The translations under genes were made by a program, and so were the position numbers. DNA of 37,036 bases from NCBI GenBank assembly GCA_049999805.1, contig JBNGIO010005625.1, forward strand, positions 1 to 37,036. Direction: 5' to 3'. Positions within the stretch are counted from its first letter, which is position 1, and each line of letters starts with the position of its first letter. The stretch is from Folioceros fuciformis (lineage: Eukaryota). Below are positions 12,450 to 26,916 of the stretch, in pieces. The notes under the pieces were generated by a model, which saw nothing but the letters and a program-made list of their open reading frames with translations, was not told the origin of the DNA and made no database searches.

Positions 12450-15400
12450 TTAAAGGTACCCCTGCATCCCAAAATGACACAGTTCCAGAGATGAGCTTCT
12501 CTACAAGCAAATGTGCTGGTCAAGTCAAACAGGCAGAGCTCACGTACCAGAATCTGTGGCATCGAAACAAGTGACCAAGACAGGCCGTATAGACAAGCGG
12601 CAATCCCTACTCCCGCTCCGAAGATGTGCAGGAGTCGTGTGTTATCCTGGTTCGGCACAAAGACTGATTTCAACTTATTCGTCATCTCGAACAGTCGGTA
12701 AGAAACCTGCCGGCAACCAAGTGAATTGTTATTCCTTACTCAACAACATGCAAAAACCATGGATCCAGAAACCATGCCTATTCCTGTTCCCCTCTTACCA
12801 TCAAACATAGATCTCAGGGGCTGACAGAAGGCGGATGCACAACGAGAACAAAGGATTACTATAAGAACTTACCGCTATGTAAATTGTGGATGCCAACATC
12901 AAGTTTAACATCGGGTAGTTCGGAATGAACGACAATAACAACGCGGGTTGACCATCTGGTACACTGCTTCTGTAAGACACCAGAGATAAATACGTAAGAA
13001 CACTATAGATATCATAGATGCCTGAAAGGTCACGGATCAACCAGGTTGTGGGTGCATGCCTCAGCCAAATGTGGAACTGTGCAATGTACGTTTCCAAAGT
13101 GAGCTTGCCAAGCCATCTGAAACAAGAGCAAGTTGGAAACAACTCATAGTAAGCAAGCTCATAACACCAGGGCATCAAAACACAAAGCAAATCAGACCAT
13201 CTGTCAGGAAGTGGGGATACTTCAGGTGCAGTTTTGACTTACGCGAAAAGGGCAAGCGACCAGTTCCGTAGTGGCTGCGTGAAGTTGCGAAGCCCAATGT
13301 ATGCTCTACAAGGTGGCAGGACATTGTCAGGATATCATACAGAGATGATGACTGGAAACGAGAGATCAAATACATCTTCACATACGTGATAGGTATCCAC
13401 GACGTGTAAGGATGCAGCTTGTTATAGCTGACTTTGTCAAGCTTGTAGATATGAACGTACCATAAGTGTCCTACCTGCCATCCGAAGCGCTTACCGTCAG
13501 TATTGAGATAAAAAAGCCATTAAATGAGGTATTACACATGAGGCGTTCAGTAATACGAGCATCGAATGACTTGTGACTTACCGTCAGGCAAGTCACAACG
13601 ATAGTTGTCTTGATTGCAACTCGTGCCCGGACCTCTAATCCTTCAAGTTTTTCCAACCATCTCTCAACCTGTCGAAATACATGGACGCGTGAGGAAACAC
13701 TATATGACATGTGACAACTCAAGAACCATTTGACGACCTCGGATCGCACCGCCTAAGGATGGCAGGCAGTGTGATAAGGACAAGATTGCCAAGGCTTACC
13801 GTTGGATGGAAGTATGCATAGATCATGCCAATTATCCACACATAGCGATCAAGCCCTGATCTGAAGTGCCACTCGTGAAGAACCGGCATTTTTGGTTTGT
13901 TGGGATTTGGATCAGCATATCCTGTGAACAACGACCAAGTTTCCCGCATTACCAATCTGTGATGGAAAGGATCCAACAACAGCCATCTTCACGAGGGAAA
14001 CCACCCACAGATCTTCCGCTTACCCATTAGGAAAGTCAGAGGTCCCCAAATAAGGTCAAAGACTCCGGGTATCTCCCATATGACGAATACCACAGCAAAG
14101 CACGCTGCGATTTTTCCGGCAATTACTGCTGGCACTTCGTTGTACTTGTGAAAAGCCGCGAGAGCACAGTAAACCATCACCGTGAACAGAGTGTGCATCG
14201 GGCAAATGTAATAGAGCATGTAGCTGTTGTTCAGCACGATACAGCAGAAAACGACGAGAAAATTGAGTCGCCACATCATCTGCAAAACGAACTCAATTTA
14301 ACTTCAGGAAGAGACACGAAAGCCAACAGACAGACACCACGTTGTACACGGCACCACCATGAAAATTGAATGTAAAATGTAAGTACCTGGAAAAAGCGCC
14401 CAAGACTGAAGTCTTTCCGCACATAATAATAAGAAAAGTTGCCAAACCCAGTCATCCATACATAAGCTGCTATGAACACTCGAATTGCATTGTAAATCTC
14501 CGTTGCTGCAAAGTAATGATACATCAAAAACAAGACCTGAAACAGCAAGAGCCCACAGTGTTAGGGATCCAACATTTGGGAAGAGCGCTGGTACCCGATA
14601 GCTTGCAAACCCGTGATCACACATTGGAAGATGATGACAAGAAAGACGACTCTCAAGTAACTGCAATACGCTCTCACCTGCATCCAACCTTTCCATTCTT
14701 CCGTCTGATGTCGGTTCAGGTACAGAATAGACTTGCCAGATGCCACAGACTTTTCGACATGTTGTTTTAAAGAGGTCAAGGCCGACACTATGACAAGTAG
14801 GAGGTACAAGAATAAAAATAAATCTCGGTTATAGTTCTGCACAAGAGGTAAAGAAGGAAACTGTGAGAAGTATGTTTCATCTCATGTCTCCAGTGGTCCA
14901 AAGCAACTGGGTCCAAAACTCGATTAGCACTTGCTCCAGGGGACATTTGATAAGAAGTACCTTTTTTGACTCGCCAAATATTTGCGTCCTGTCGCAGATG
15001 TAGAAATAGGAAAGGAGACCTACAAACTCGGCACTGCGAGCAGGAGAGTGGAGAGGTCAATCACTGCTGGGAATGAAAGACAGCACTTGACATTGGACTT
15101 GGACGGGTAGACTCACATGGCCCGCAGGGTTAGGCGACTTTCCACCAGAAATGCCTCGTCCAAGGTCAAAAACCTACAAAAAGGACAAAGAATGTCGCAA
15201 ATTGGCATCCAATTCTAGCCAACCACATTCTGCTGCCAGTTACACCCCATTACTCTGAGTGCTCAGAGCTGAGTGACAGAAAAGTGGGATCTGTTGATCG
15301 CAGAAACGAAGGACAAGCTTGATTCAGATTGGCACACATACTTCAGCAGCTGTGACTTCACTGATGGAATAGTAACCTTTGTCGCTCCCAGTGGCAAGTC

Positions 15401-15858
15401 GACGTCCAGGAGCACCGTCCTCTCATCATTCTTCACTGAGCCGATCTCCAACTCGGACAGACTGATATCCGAGTGACTGCATTCACATGAAAGATCGTAA
15501 CTCCTCCGCATCAAATGGTAGCAAGTTATGCCTAAAAGAGCTCCAAAGCTCGCGCTTACACTTTGACAGAAGCTCGCTGCCGCCTGAAGGCAAGGAATTC
15601 CGAATAGATCCATGCAAACAGGAGAGGCGTAGCCCCAAGGAAGAAAGCAAACTGCCAGAAACACCGAATCAGATGACCATCCCGACACACCCACCCTGAA
15701 CTAAATTTCCAAGAAACCATGCCAAACGTGACCAGCATCGGCTTCCACTCCGATCTCGACTACGCATTGCACAAAGCTCAACCCTTGCACCGCAGCACCA
15801 CCGGATTGCATCAGATCAGAGCTATACAACAGACCTGGCCAACTCCGCGTCCAACCAT
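12450..15858 (-). CDS. RWA: REDUCED WALL ACETYLATION (CAS1-domain O-acetyltransferase) protein, multi-exon
   Basis: Exons MVGRGVGQ / [41 protein letters not shown]...[52 protein letters not shown]; last mini-exon GYL* inferred with stop at 12450-12452. Confidence 0.93.
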
Positions 15859-16641
15859 TCTGCTCGCGCCACCGAGGGAGCTTGCAACAATAAATCGGTG
15901 CTCAGTTCCACCGGCCGAGCATCCTGAGGAGCCTAGAATTCACACCCCAGCGTGCCAACCAGACGGAGCTCTCCTGGTTCGCGAGAGATCAGACTCGGCT
16001 TCTTCATCTCGGCAACGGCAGCATCGGCGGTAGCAGGCCACGCGTGGGATGAGACCGGCGAGGGGAAGAAATGATGGGCTGCCTCGCAGATGACGAGGAG
16101 ACGGACATCCCATAGCCTTGAGAACACCACCTTCGTCAATGCAAATTCCGGAGACCATGTGGAAACCGTGTTACAGAGCAAGGCAAGCACACATGAATTC
16201 TTACCCAACTCCCTTGGACGTTCAGTACAGACGCACCGTGCCTGTCCCAAGTTCACGCAACCCAGCCACCTAGCCCTAATGGCCTCAAACTAAGCCATGT
16301 CTAGACTACACGTACTAAAGGAAAAAGCCGCTTCAAGGTTCAGGCCTCGCTCCACATGTTCCATGTGGCGCAACAGGTACTTATGTATGTAACTACACAT
16401 CGTTTTCTTTGATAGCCAGCTCTTGGCTTTTCTTGTCATGGGACCGAATGTTTCTGCCTCCATGGAAATACCATGTGCGACCCCATGTCTTAGGTTCATG
16501 GTGGGAGACCAGACATTTTGGCAATTTGGACGTGTATCCATTGTATTATTATTAATTTATAATATATTATAAAAATTAATTTTATGATACTATTCATTCA
16601 TTCAGTGATTTAATAGGATTTATTCCTCAGAATAAAAAGAT

Positions 16642-16710
16642 AATTACTTGCTAAGTATCAAAAAGAAAATTACTTGCTAAGTATAAAAAGAAAATTACTT
16701 GCTAAGTATC
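16642..16710. repeat. Three-copy ~26-bp tandem repeat in an AT-rich divergent promoter region
   Basis: aattacttgctaagtat occurs three times, separated by (c)aaaaagaa; lies between the divergent RWA and RPS4 genes. Confidence 0.85.
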
Positions 16711-16792
16711 ATGATGTATACTTCCATTCGCTGCAGATACTGAAAAGGAAAAGAAGGATACTGAAAAGGAAACTGGATGCCTATTTAGATAG

Positions 16793-18101
<1,309 letters not shown>

Positions 18102-18889
18102 ATTGCTGGAGTGGCGGCACTTTAAGTCGTAAGTGCTCGGGTAATTGCTTACGGTGGGAGCTGGCATCGTGGGGACCCGAGATTAGATTGGACATTTTGA
18201 TGCAGCTGTCCTTGAGGATCCTAGATGGGTCATTTGTTGGAGTAACAGGCGTTTTAACATAGCCGTCTGATTTTGGATTCGTCGCCATGTATGGATTCGT
18301 CACGCTGAGACTGTATCTCTCTTCTAGTTTGTGATTTTATGTGTCTCGCTGAAAGACGAGATCATACTACCCGATCTCCTGTTGCTTGTCCTTGCTGCTA
18401 GATGAGAACTTGGCTGTAGTTTAAAACAGTCAGTCTCCATTCTTTTGACCAAGCAATGACTAAAACATCATTTTCGGGGTTGGATTTCTTCACAGCCGTG
18501 GTTCAAATCCGTTCCGAACAGGCGACGTTAGTACAAATTGGTAGCACAAAACTTGCGTTAAAGATTAGAGCTCCCACACGCGCCAACGAATCATTGCTTT
18601 CCCAAGTCCGAGGGACAAATGAAAGTACGCAGCCCAGACATACCAAGGAACGTCTCACAAGTATGTCTGTATATATATATCACAAACTCGGCTGCATTTA
18701 AGCCATGTAGGCATTAAAAATCAATACAATCTCGCGTGTCGGCGCTGTTGCGGTCGTATTAAAAGATGAGGCTTTCTTCCGATTCCTCGTGCGAGAAGAA
18801 CAGGAAGCCCAGCACATATCTCTCGGTTCGGGCTAAGGACGACGAAGTTACCTCTTACCAGCACTTGCAGCATGCCGGTCAAGAATCGT

Positions 18890-21800
18890 TCAACCACTGG
18901 CCACAACACTTGGATCGATGCTCCTGCCAATCGACGGTGCTTTGCCACTCCTTCTGGTGAGAGATCGTCTGCTGGTGTTACGGATTAGCTCGCTGCTGCT
19001 AGAGCCAGCTTGTGGTGCGGGAGCAGGCTTCATTTCGGAATGTGCGGAAATTTTCAAAGCCCCAGTGTCATCTTGTTGCCAATGCACTTCGACCATGAGT
19101 CCATAAGGCGCGTCTGCTGACTCTGTGCCTGGTATGGCCACAAACTGTGCTCCAATTGGGACCTACAAGCCAAGGTACGGTTAAGCAAATGGTGCGGTAG
19201 CTGTCCACTTCGGCATCTCACCATCTCACAAACAAGACTACCTGGACGCTTCGTGTTGGTGTGACGGTTAGGAGCTCGTAACGCCCTTCGACTGTCGCAG
19301 TTTCCAGCTCTGCCTGTCGTGCAATGTTGAGGAATACTTCGTCAAGAGTGGTCAAGCTGAGTTGAATGTCCGTGACTCCCAGTTCCCGTTCGCATTCATG
19401 AAGACCCAAGAAAAACTCCTGCATAAGGCACGAATCCCGTAAGTCTACCGTGTTACAGTCTTAGCTCGTAGCGACTATCATGGCAAACGAACCGTGAGCT
19501 TGCTCTCGAACTTGCGAGGAACGATGAAAGAGATGTAGGCTTTGTTCTCCTCAGATGGAACCACACCCAATCCCTGTAAGTTTAGCATCGTCATCAGAAC
19601 TGTTCCTTCTCATGGTGACATAGGAACCAAAATTATACAAGACAAGACACTTACATCCAAAAAGTACTTCCGAACATTGGCTCTCCTCCTTGTATCTTCC
19701 TCTGGACTGAGAGTTTCTCTAGTTGCCTTCCGGACACTGACGTTCACCACGTACCCAGAACCAAATCTTGACTTCAGGTGTATAGAAGTTCCAATGCACC
19801 TCAACTGTCCTTTTGCCATAATAGCAATCCTGTCACCAAGGATGTCGGCTTCCTCCATGGAGTGAGTTGTCAAGACAATGGCACGCCCCTTTTTAGCAAC
19901 TTCGATGATGTCCCACACGTATCTTCTAGTAATGGGGTCCATCCCTGTGGTCTGCACAATGGCAGTAGCACAGAACATGAAGTTGTAACTGGTAAACGCA
20001 TAGCCTAGCGACAGGCTCAAACGCTAAACGGTTGTTTCTATGTTACCGGTTCATCCAAAAACACAATCTTTGGATCTCCAATGAGTGCAATGGCAACACT
20101 AAGGCGTCGCTTCATGCCCCCGCTGAAGCTGCCTGATCTGACGTTGGCTGCATCCGATAGCTTTACTTGTGCTAACAACTCGTCGGCAACCTGTTGCGTC
20201 ATACAAGAGAACGTCCCAGCACACACCAGGTTCAAGACCGAGACTTTTTGTAACCTCCAATCACATCAGCCTGATTATCAGTGAGTGCGTCAGTGAGTGG
20301 GATTTGGAAACAAACGCTAGAGAACTCCACTTGCCGATTTAATGTCCGAACGAGGAATCCCTTTAATATTGGCAAATAGATGCAAGTGCTCCTGGCCAGA
20401 TAGCGACTCCCATAGAATATCAAACTGTTAAAGCAAATCAATTGTTCCATCAGATACAATCTCTCCAAGCTTCCAAAGGTCACACAACACAGCGGGTACA
20501 TCATGTGCAAACTCTACCTGAGGACAAACGCCCATAAAACTCCTTATCCGAGAAATTCCAGCTGGATCCCGAATAGATTGACCGTAGATGAGACCTGAGA
20601 AGAGAGCACTTGCATCACTAAGACTGGCATGGAAGATAGCGGATCCCTCCCAAACAACGAAGATGCGCAATATTGAACACAGTACGCACCATCTCCAGAC
20701 GTGGTAGGGATAATTCCTGTCAAACAGTTTATGGTCGTGGTCTTTCCAGCACCATTCGGGCCCAGCAAACAAAAAAGCTTATCTTTCTCAATGTTGAACC
20801 ATGTTCCCTATTGCACAAGAGAAAGATCTCATGGGTAAGCAACCAGACCTTCTGCAATCCCATGGACACCTCATGAAACTGATCATTTCTGTCATCAAAT
20901 GTCAGGATAATGTCATTCGCAAAAGAAAACGTAGTGACACCACGTTTACCTTCACTGCATGAAATGCTGGAGTTCTCACGCACTTGCAACATCCTAGTGT
21001 TGAGACTCCAGGGAAGGTCTTCACTAGCCCTCGTACTTGAACAGCAATGTTAGGGTCATCGGCGTGAACAGGAGGCTGCTGCTGGACCAGCTCCTTTTCA
21101 GCTAGGACGTCCACGTCTTCAGAATACTCAGAGGAGAGCACCGGAGGCAGGGAGCTAGTGCAAGAGCAACATCCACCACCTGCATCCCTACTCGTTAGAG
21201 GTGGCACAATCAAGCTTCTACGACTCCTCCTCAATCTGATTCGATGGGAAACTTGCAAGAAGAAACCCTGACCAACCTTCAGTAGCGTTGTTAGCTCTGC
21301 CAGTCCAGTAAGATGGCCAAACGAAGTAGAAGCAGGGCTTTCTCACACCATTCACATCAGGCAGTATATTGTCGAAGTATATCGCTAACGTGAACCAAAC
21401 AAGGAACAGTACGAGAAGCCAATTATAGATCGCTCCCTGCACCAGATCAACACGTACGAATGTCAAGACGTAAAGTGTCTTCAACCGTGACTAGACGCCA
21501 TGGCAGACAAAGAAAGACGTTTGATGGCATCAATTCGCACCATGGTAATTGCGCAGCTCGTGTTTTGCTCGTAACAATCGTATCGGCGAGACCAGCTAAT
21601 ACCATTGTCCTCTTTGGTTGCAGTAGCCTCCCCTAAGTGAGAGAGACCTATGGCTAGAAGATTTGGGGGAAACAGTGACCAAAGATTTTCGATACTTTTG
21701 GGGCCACTATCGTATGGAAAGCCGAAAGCTGTCACAAGCTACAACGCCACCAGTCATCCACCAGTCAGGTCTCAATGTCAGAGGGTGCTGAACTCCACAT

Positions 21801-23393
21801 GAAAAATATCTCTAGATGTAGTGATCGCGGTCTCCTTGTCATACCTGAGTTAGGAACCCCACAATGAATATGAAGAAACCAGCAGTTGTAGCAGATGCGG
21901 CCTTGGTGATGAAAGTGGAAATCATGAAAGCGAATCCCGTCTGCATGTTAACATTCCGTTACACCAAAGCTTCAACGTGGCACAGACGGAGTCCCGAAAA
22001 AGCTGAAATGAGTAGGGACTTCTGAAAGGTCGTCAGGCCAAACGTACCATATTCACTTGGAACAGGAAAAAGAGAAAGAATAACACTAAGAAGTCGTTGT
22101 TCAGGAAGAAATCGAACTGGAAAATCATGCCGAAAATAACCAGGAGAATCGATGAAACAAGTGTCAAGGCCACCTCCCACACCAACCACGTAAGCCAATA
22201 GGCAGAGTCGATAAGACCCATCAAAGACATTGCCTGCATTTGATGCGAAGATGACCTCATCAATAATCTGCTTGATTTCCAGACCATAAGCTCTGACGAC
22301 AATAGTCAAAGTGCAAGAGAAATAACCTGGCGCAGCTTCAGCTCCCGCTCTGTGACAAGATTGCTGATCTGTATCACAAATCCAAACATGGCTGCTGCTA
22401 GCAAGAACGTCGGACCGATTGTCCCTACTGTGGAAAACGTATCTATTGCTGGGTGGGCAAACTCTGTGAACCTCACATCCCATCCCAGGTTGTCATCTGC
22501 AAACAGGCATCTGAAGTCAGAAATCTGCAACACGAGCACCGAAGGAAAAAAAAAATCCTGGAATCATCAGCAGCAGAGGATCAGCCACCACACCATTCGC
22601 TATGAAACGAGCGATCTCCCTCTCGGCAGCAGCCTGCAGAGGCATCCGGAACTTGAAGACTTGATCCTCGTATTTCCCCCGCTGCTGCTTCGCCGTGGAA
22701 TTGGTCTGAAGTCCATAAGCGATGACATTAGGTCCATACTCTTGAAAGTGCAAGGCTCCCGGAGTTCGCATAGTATTGTTCAACAACCATTCGTCCACAT
22801 CCGCAGGTGTTGCAAACCCCATCACCTACACAAAGACAAGCCGATCTCAGTAAGACTGACTGAAACCATGCTGCCACCACGAAAACGCAATTCATCCACA
22901 ATAACAGCCAGACCAAACCAACACATCACCAATTCCGTCGGCCGCACCTCACAGTCAATCGGACACCCGTGCCGCAATCACAACCACTGCGTACCTTTTT
23001 GTCCGGAATCACCCGACCAAGATTCCTCGACATGATATGCTGCACGATAGTCCGCACGTTGAGACTCCCATTCCCGCTGTACAGAAAATCATAGCACGGA
23101 TTTTCGCCGTCACTCTTGATGTAAAAACCACTTTCACAAGCCGGGATAGGCGTAATAGCCTTCGCCTCCGGGTTCCTCAAATTCTTGTACCCCGTAGTGT
23201 TCCTGTTAGACGCCTGGATGGCCTTGTCCACAGCGAAGATGAGGAAAATGAAGAAAAAGGACGCAGCCAGCTGCAACAAGGTGGCGCGCTTGTTGCGGAT
23301 CGACAGAATCCAATTCTTCGTCAACAGAGCAGCACATTGCTGCCAGAAGAGGCGCAGCCCCGTGGCCCTCTGACCACTCCCCTGGCCGACCAT
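18890..23393 (-). CDS. ABC transporter subfamily A half-size member (ABCA2/ATH type), multi-exon
   Basis: N-terminal [21 protein letters not shown] with ERELKLRQ; Walker [10 protein letters not shown], signature [10 protein letters not shown], Walker B VFLDEP, H-loop TTHSMEEAD and LTTLDEVFL. Confidence 0.93.
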
Positions 23394-23647
23394 TTCAGCT
23401 CCAGATCCCCAACCTTCTTGTCAATCCCCGAGCTGCTCCGCCTCCGCCACCGCTTCCTCCCCGCAGTGCGCACAGCAGCTGAGGNNNNNNNNNNNNNNNN
23501 NNNNNNNNNNNNNNNNNNNNNNNNNNNNNNNNNNNNNNNNNNNNNNNNNNNNNNNNNNNNNNNNNNNNNNNNNNNNNNNNNNNNGGGTGGTGAGCCATGT
23601 AAAATAATTTTGAATAATATAAGTTTTGGAATTCGTAGAGAGTACCT

Positions 23648-23721
23648 GCTCTGATAGCTCAGATGGCTAGAGCACCCGTTTAGTAAGCGGGAGGTCCTGA
23701 GTTCAATTCTCAGTTAGAGCA
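23648..23721 (+). tRNA. tRNA-Thr (AGT)
   Basis: Cloverleaf GCTCTGA TA GCTC AGATGGCTA GAGC A CCCGT TTAGTAA GCGGG AGGTC CTGAG TTCAATT CTCAG TTAGAGC A; AT-rich 5' flank; TTTT run at 23727-23730. Confidence 0.95.
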
Positions 23722-24006
23722 TACACTTTTGGTCACAATTAAGCATGTGCATGTGGAGCTGCTGAGCGTCAAGGGATCCATGGTCGGGAACCGCTGGTAG
23801 CGTGCTTCCGCAAGACGGTGAGGCCGCTGACCAGTAACTGGTCAGGCAGTGGGTTTCGGGTTATGCCCTCCTCGCAAAAGTCTTTGGGCGCGTTGGCTTC
23901 ACAATTCAAACGTTCTTACTTCCGATCCATGGAGAAACCGTACTTGTTGCTGTACATGCTGAGCGGAAGCTCTCACGATCTGTTTGCGGCATCAGAACCG
24001 GACGTG

Positions 24007-25278
24007 ATGGATTGCCATCTGTGGGGAGATCTCCCGGGTGAGCTCCTCTGCAAAGTGCTGCAGATGCTGCCTGCCGCGAGCCAGTTGAGGTTTCGTGCCG
24101 TCTGCAAGGCATGGAATTGGCTGCTCTCGTCTCAGGGGTTCCGCGCCGCGAGTGTGAGTCTAGGCTGTGACAGGGCGTTTTTCACGCATTCCGAGAAGTC
24201 TCTGTTGTGCGTGTTTCAGATCAAGCCAGGGCATTATGAATGGGGAGAGCAGCATTCCTCCACCTCCCCTCACAGAAGCCCATTCTGCACGTCGCAGTAC
24301 ACGGTGTACCAGGTGGACCTGTCCTTCCTCCCGGCCTTAGGGATTCCTCCTCGCCTGAATTGCGAGCAGGTGTGCGGCAGGGCGAGGTGGAAGCGGTTTG
24401 TAGTGGCGAAGCGGGGCCTTGTATGCATCCGGGGCTGCGAGAGAGACATGGACGGCGGGATCCGCAGGTGTGCAATGTGCGTGCTGAATCCGCTCACCAA
24501 GGAGTGCAAGGAGCTTCCGGATTTGGATCTCCAGCCGGAGTTGCCGTGGGCCTTGGAGATGGAGGTGGACCCCGGGCCTGGGCCCGGCGCTGGATTTAGG
24601 GTGTATGTGGTTTGTAACACGGAGGAGAACAGTTTCTACCACTTCTGGGTGGTGTGTGTATACTCGTCGGTTACGGATTGCTGGAGTATCACGCACTGTC
24701 AGCCGATTCCGGCAGACACGCACAGGCAAAATCCCAGGTTTGACTGCGTGGTGAGCAACGGGGTGTTGTATAGGTACGGGTCTGGGAATCTGCTTCGGTA
24801 CAGCATGGATGAGCACCCGTTTGAGTGGCATGTTGGGGCTGCTGTCCCTGCTGTGAATCAGTTGGACAGTCAGTTTTACCTGGTGGAGCATTATGGAAGT
24901 GTGCTATTTGTAGGGCAGGTGTGGCATAGTGATTATCAGACGTATGCGCTGTGGAAGTTAGAAGTCGGCAGCATGGTGTGGGTTCAGATTTCTGTTCTGC
25001 CCAAAGAGATGATGGATAGGGTGGGTGGATGTCACAGGGAGGAGGAGCAGTGGAAGTCTTGCAAATTTTTAGACAACGTAATGGTTGCAGGCGACTTTGT
25101 TTTTCTGGTTCTTCGTGTTGAGTATTCCAAGTTGAGGGCCCATTTGGTTGCTTGCAACCTTTCGCAAGGAAATTGGCAGGTTTTTTTGCGTAATGAGCCT
25201 TCGTACCCATTTTTCGTTGATTCGTATGGCTTCCTGGAACCGATGCCAAGTTTTCATGTGCTGTGCTCTGGAACGTGA
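24007..25278 (+). CDS. Intronless F-box protein with a C-terminal FBA/kelch-like beta-propeller-type domain
   Basis: F-box LWGDLPGELLCKVLQMLP...RFRAVCKAWN, plus GLVCI, CVLNPLTKECKELP and VYSSVTDCW. Upstream in-frame ATGs exist, so the start is uncertain. Confidence 0.88.
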   Translation: MDCHLWGDLPGELLCKVLQMLPAASQLRFRAVCKAWNWLLSSQGFRAASVSLGCDRAFFTHSEKSLLCVFQIKPGHYEWGEQHSSTSPHRSPFCTSQYTVYQVDLSFLPALGIPPRLNCEQVCGRARWKRFVVAKRGLVCIRGCERDMDGGIRRCAMCVLNPLTKECKELPDLDLQPELPWALEMEVDPGPGPGAGFRVYVVCNTEENSFYHFWVVCVYSSVTDCWSITHCQPIPADTHRQNPRFDCVVSNGVLYRYGSGNLLRYSMDEHPFEWHVGAAVPAVNQLDSQFYLVEHYGSVLFVGQVWHSDYQTYALWKLEVGSMVWVQISVLPKEMMDRVGGCHREEEQWKSCKFLDNVMVAGDFVFLVLRVEYSKLRAHLVACNLSQGNWQVFLRNEPSYPFFVDSYGFLEPMPSFHVLCSGT

Positions 25279-25486
25279 GATTAAGGATGCACTGATGAGC
25301 CACGCTTTGACCACACAACATCACACTGGATTTTCGATTGGAGATTGTTTGCCTGTATACAAAAGATGGAAGCTTGTAGCGGGTTGAATGTCGAAGGAAC
25401 AATTCATGGTCACTCGATTTTTTGAACACACACAGCAGAAAGGCCAGTTTCTGATCTGGGCAGATGGAGCTTCCAGGACCCTAAGC

Positions 25487-26238
25487 CTAGTCATCGTCGT
25501 TGTTGAAGATGGCGTCAAAAACGATGGTGAGAGCAACCGCAAACGCGGTATCCACATGAGGTTCGACCGTCAAGGAATAATGGTCCTCGCCGGTGAAAAA
25601 CTTGGTAGCGTCGTGGAAGGCGCCTTTTCGTTGAACAGTTGCCACAGTATCCTCTCCATGGAGGACCTGGAAGTTCTTTGCCCGAAAGTCCCCACGCACG
25701 TTGAGGTAAGGCTCCGTTCCGAACTCGTGGATGATGACATCTGCGTGAGCCTTGAGTGCCAGGATCTTGTCCCTGACGCTGGCTAGCAGGGTCTCACCAT
25801 CTGCAGCGTATATGTGCCAGGTTCCATGCAACGAAACTGTCTTCTTGCTGATGACGGCAATTGCCTCACCGTTCCTGTCGTACAACGTCTTTTTCTGCAG
25901 AAGCCAGACAGGAGGATCAGTCCACAGGCTTGCAACAACCCAGAACTTTGAGGCCACATCTGCACAAGGATGAAGTGTGCGCACCTCGTGGAAAGAGAAG
26001 GTTTTTCCCTCCAGCTTGAATGCATCCTGTCCCTCGGCATCTTTGATTGTGAAAGAGTCTGCCAGGCTGAACACCTGAAAGTCTCACATTCATCACAGCA
26101 ACTTCAAGCTCGTTCGTACAATGCAGGTATTAACATCAAGATTCATGAAGGAGGCGCACTACGAACCTTCTCCTGGAGCTGAAATACAGTCTCACAGGGT
26201 TCCACATAAGCTGGGGAGATCACCACCAAGGGAGCCAT
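25487..26238 (-). CDS. LURP-one-related (Tubby C-2/scramblase-like) protein, copy 1, three exons
   Basis: MAPLVVISPAYVEP...QEK / VFSLADSFTIKDAEG...FHE / KKTLYDRNG...SLHGTWHIY...VRGDFRAKNF...YSLTVEPHVDTAFAVAL. Confidence 0.88.
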
Positions 26239-26916
26239 GTTTTTGTGCAAGACTGGGCCTGCTCAAAGCTCTCCAAAGACCTGAAGCAGCTTCCTCTTCC
26301 TCTTGCTGACCCTGCTCCTCGCTGCTGCTGCTGGAAAGGGGAGCACCGCCTTTAACAGCAGTGTGGGTAGGAGGATGACGAACACGCAAGCACGAATCAC
26401 TGGATATTCGCAGTCGGTTGTGCACCCATGTTCAGACTATTTTAGTAATGCTAAACTGTAGGCGAGTGAGGCTGATAGGCAGGATCTGCAGTGGTGACCT
26501 TCTCTGTTACGACCAGATTGGCCTGTTATAACTCACCTTAACAGGAATGGAAGGTTTCAACATGTTCTTGTGTTTGTTCTTTCTCGATCCGGCTTATTTG
26601 AAGTCTGACTCTATCCACTCAGCATATCCGAAGAACAAACACAAATCCGATGGGCATGGTACTTATTGCATCCAATGAACGAAGATGTAGTACAAACTAG
26701 TACAGACTTCGATGCCACCGACACTGCTTTCTCTCGGGGCAGGGGACAGCAATGGCTCGCTGCACAGTGTGACACAGCCCGAGGCAGAAGCAGCAGCGCA
26801 GTCTATGAGTGTATTGTACATGCAGAGGGGAGAGGGAGGTTGCATATGTACATCTGCGCATATTCACAGAGCCAGAATATAACTCTGACAACGAGTAGCC
26901 TAGCGTAACACATATC

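Noticed and set aside
16642-16710. Repeat-spacer pattern superficially like a CRISPR array
   Set aside because: Eukaryotic context, near-identical short spacers and no cas genes; it is a simple tandem repeat.
22352-23654. Two long plus-strand ORFs (227 and 205 aa)
   Set aside because: Antisense to ABCA exons; one runs through an N gap.
24689-25429. 246-aa minus-strand ORF
   Set aside because: Antisense to the F-box coding sequence with no recognisable motifs.
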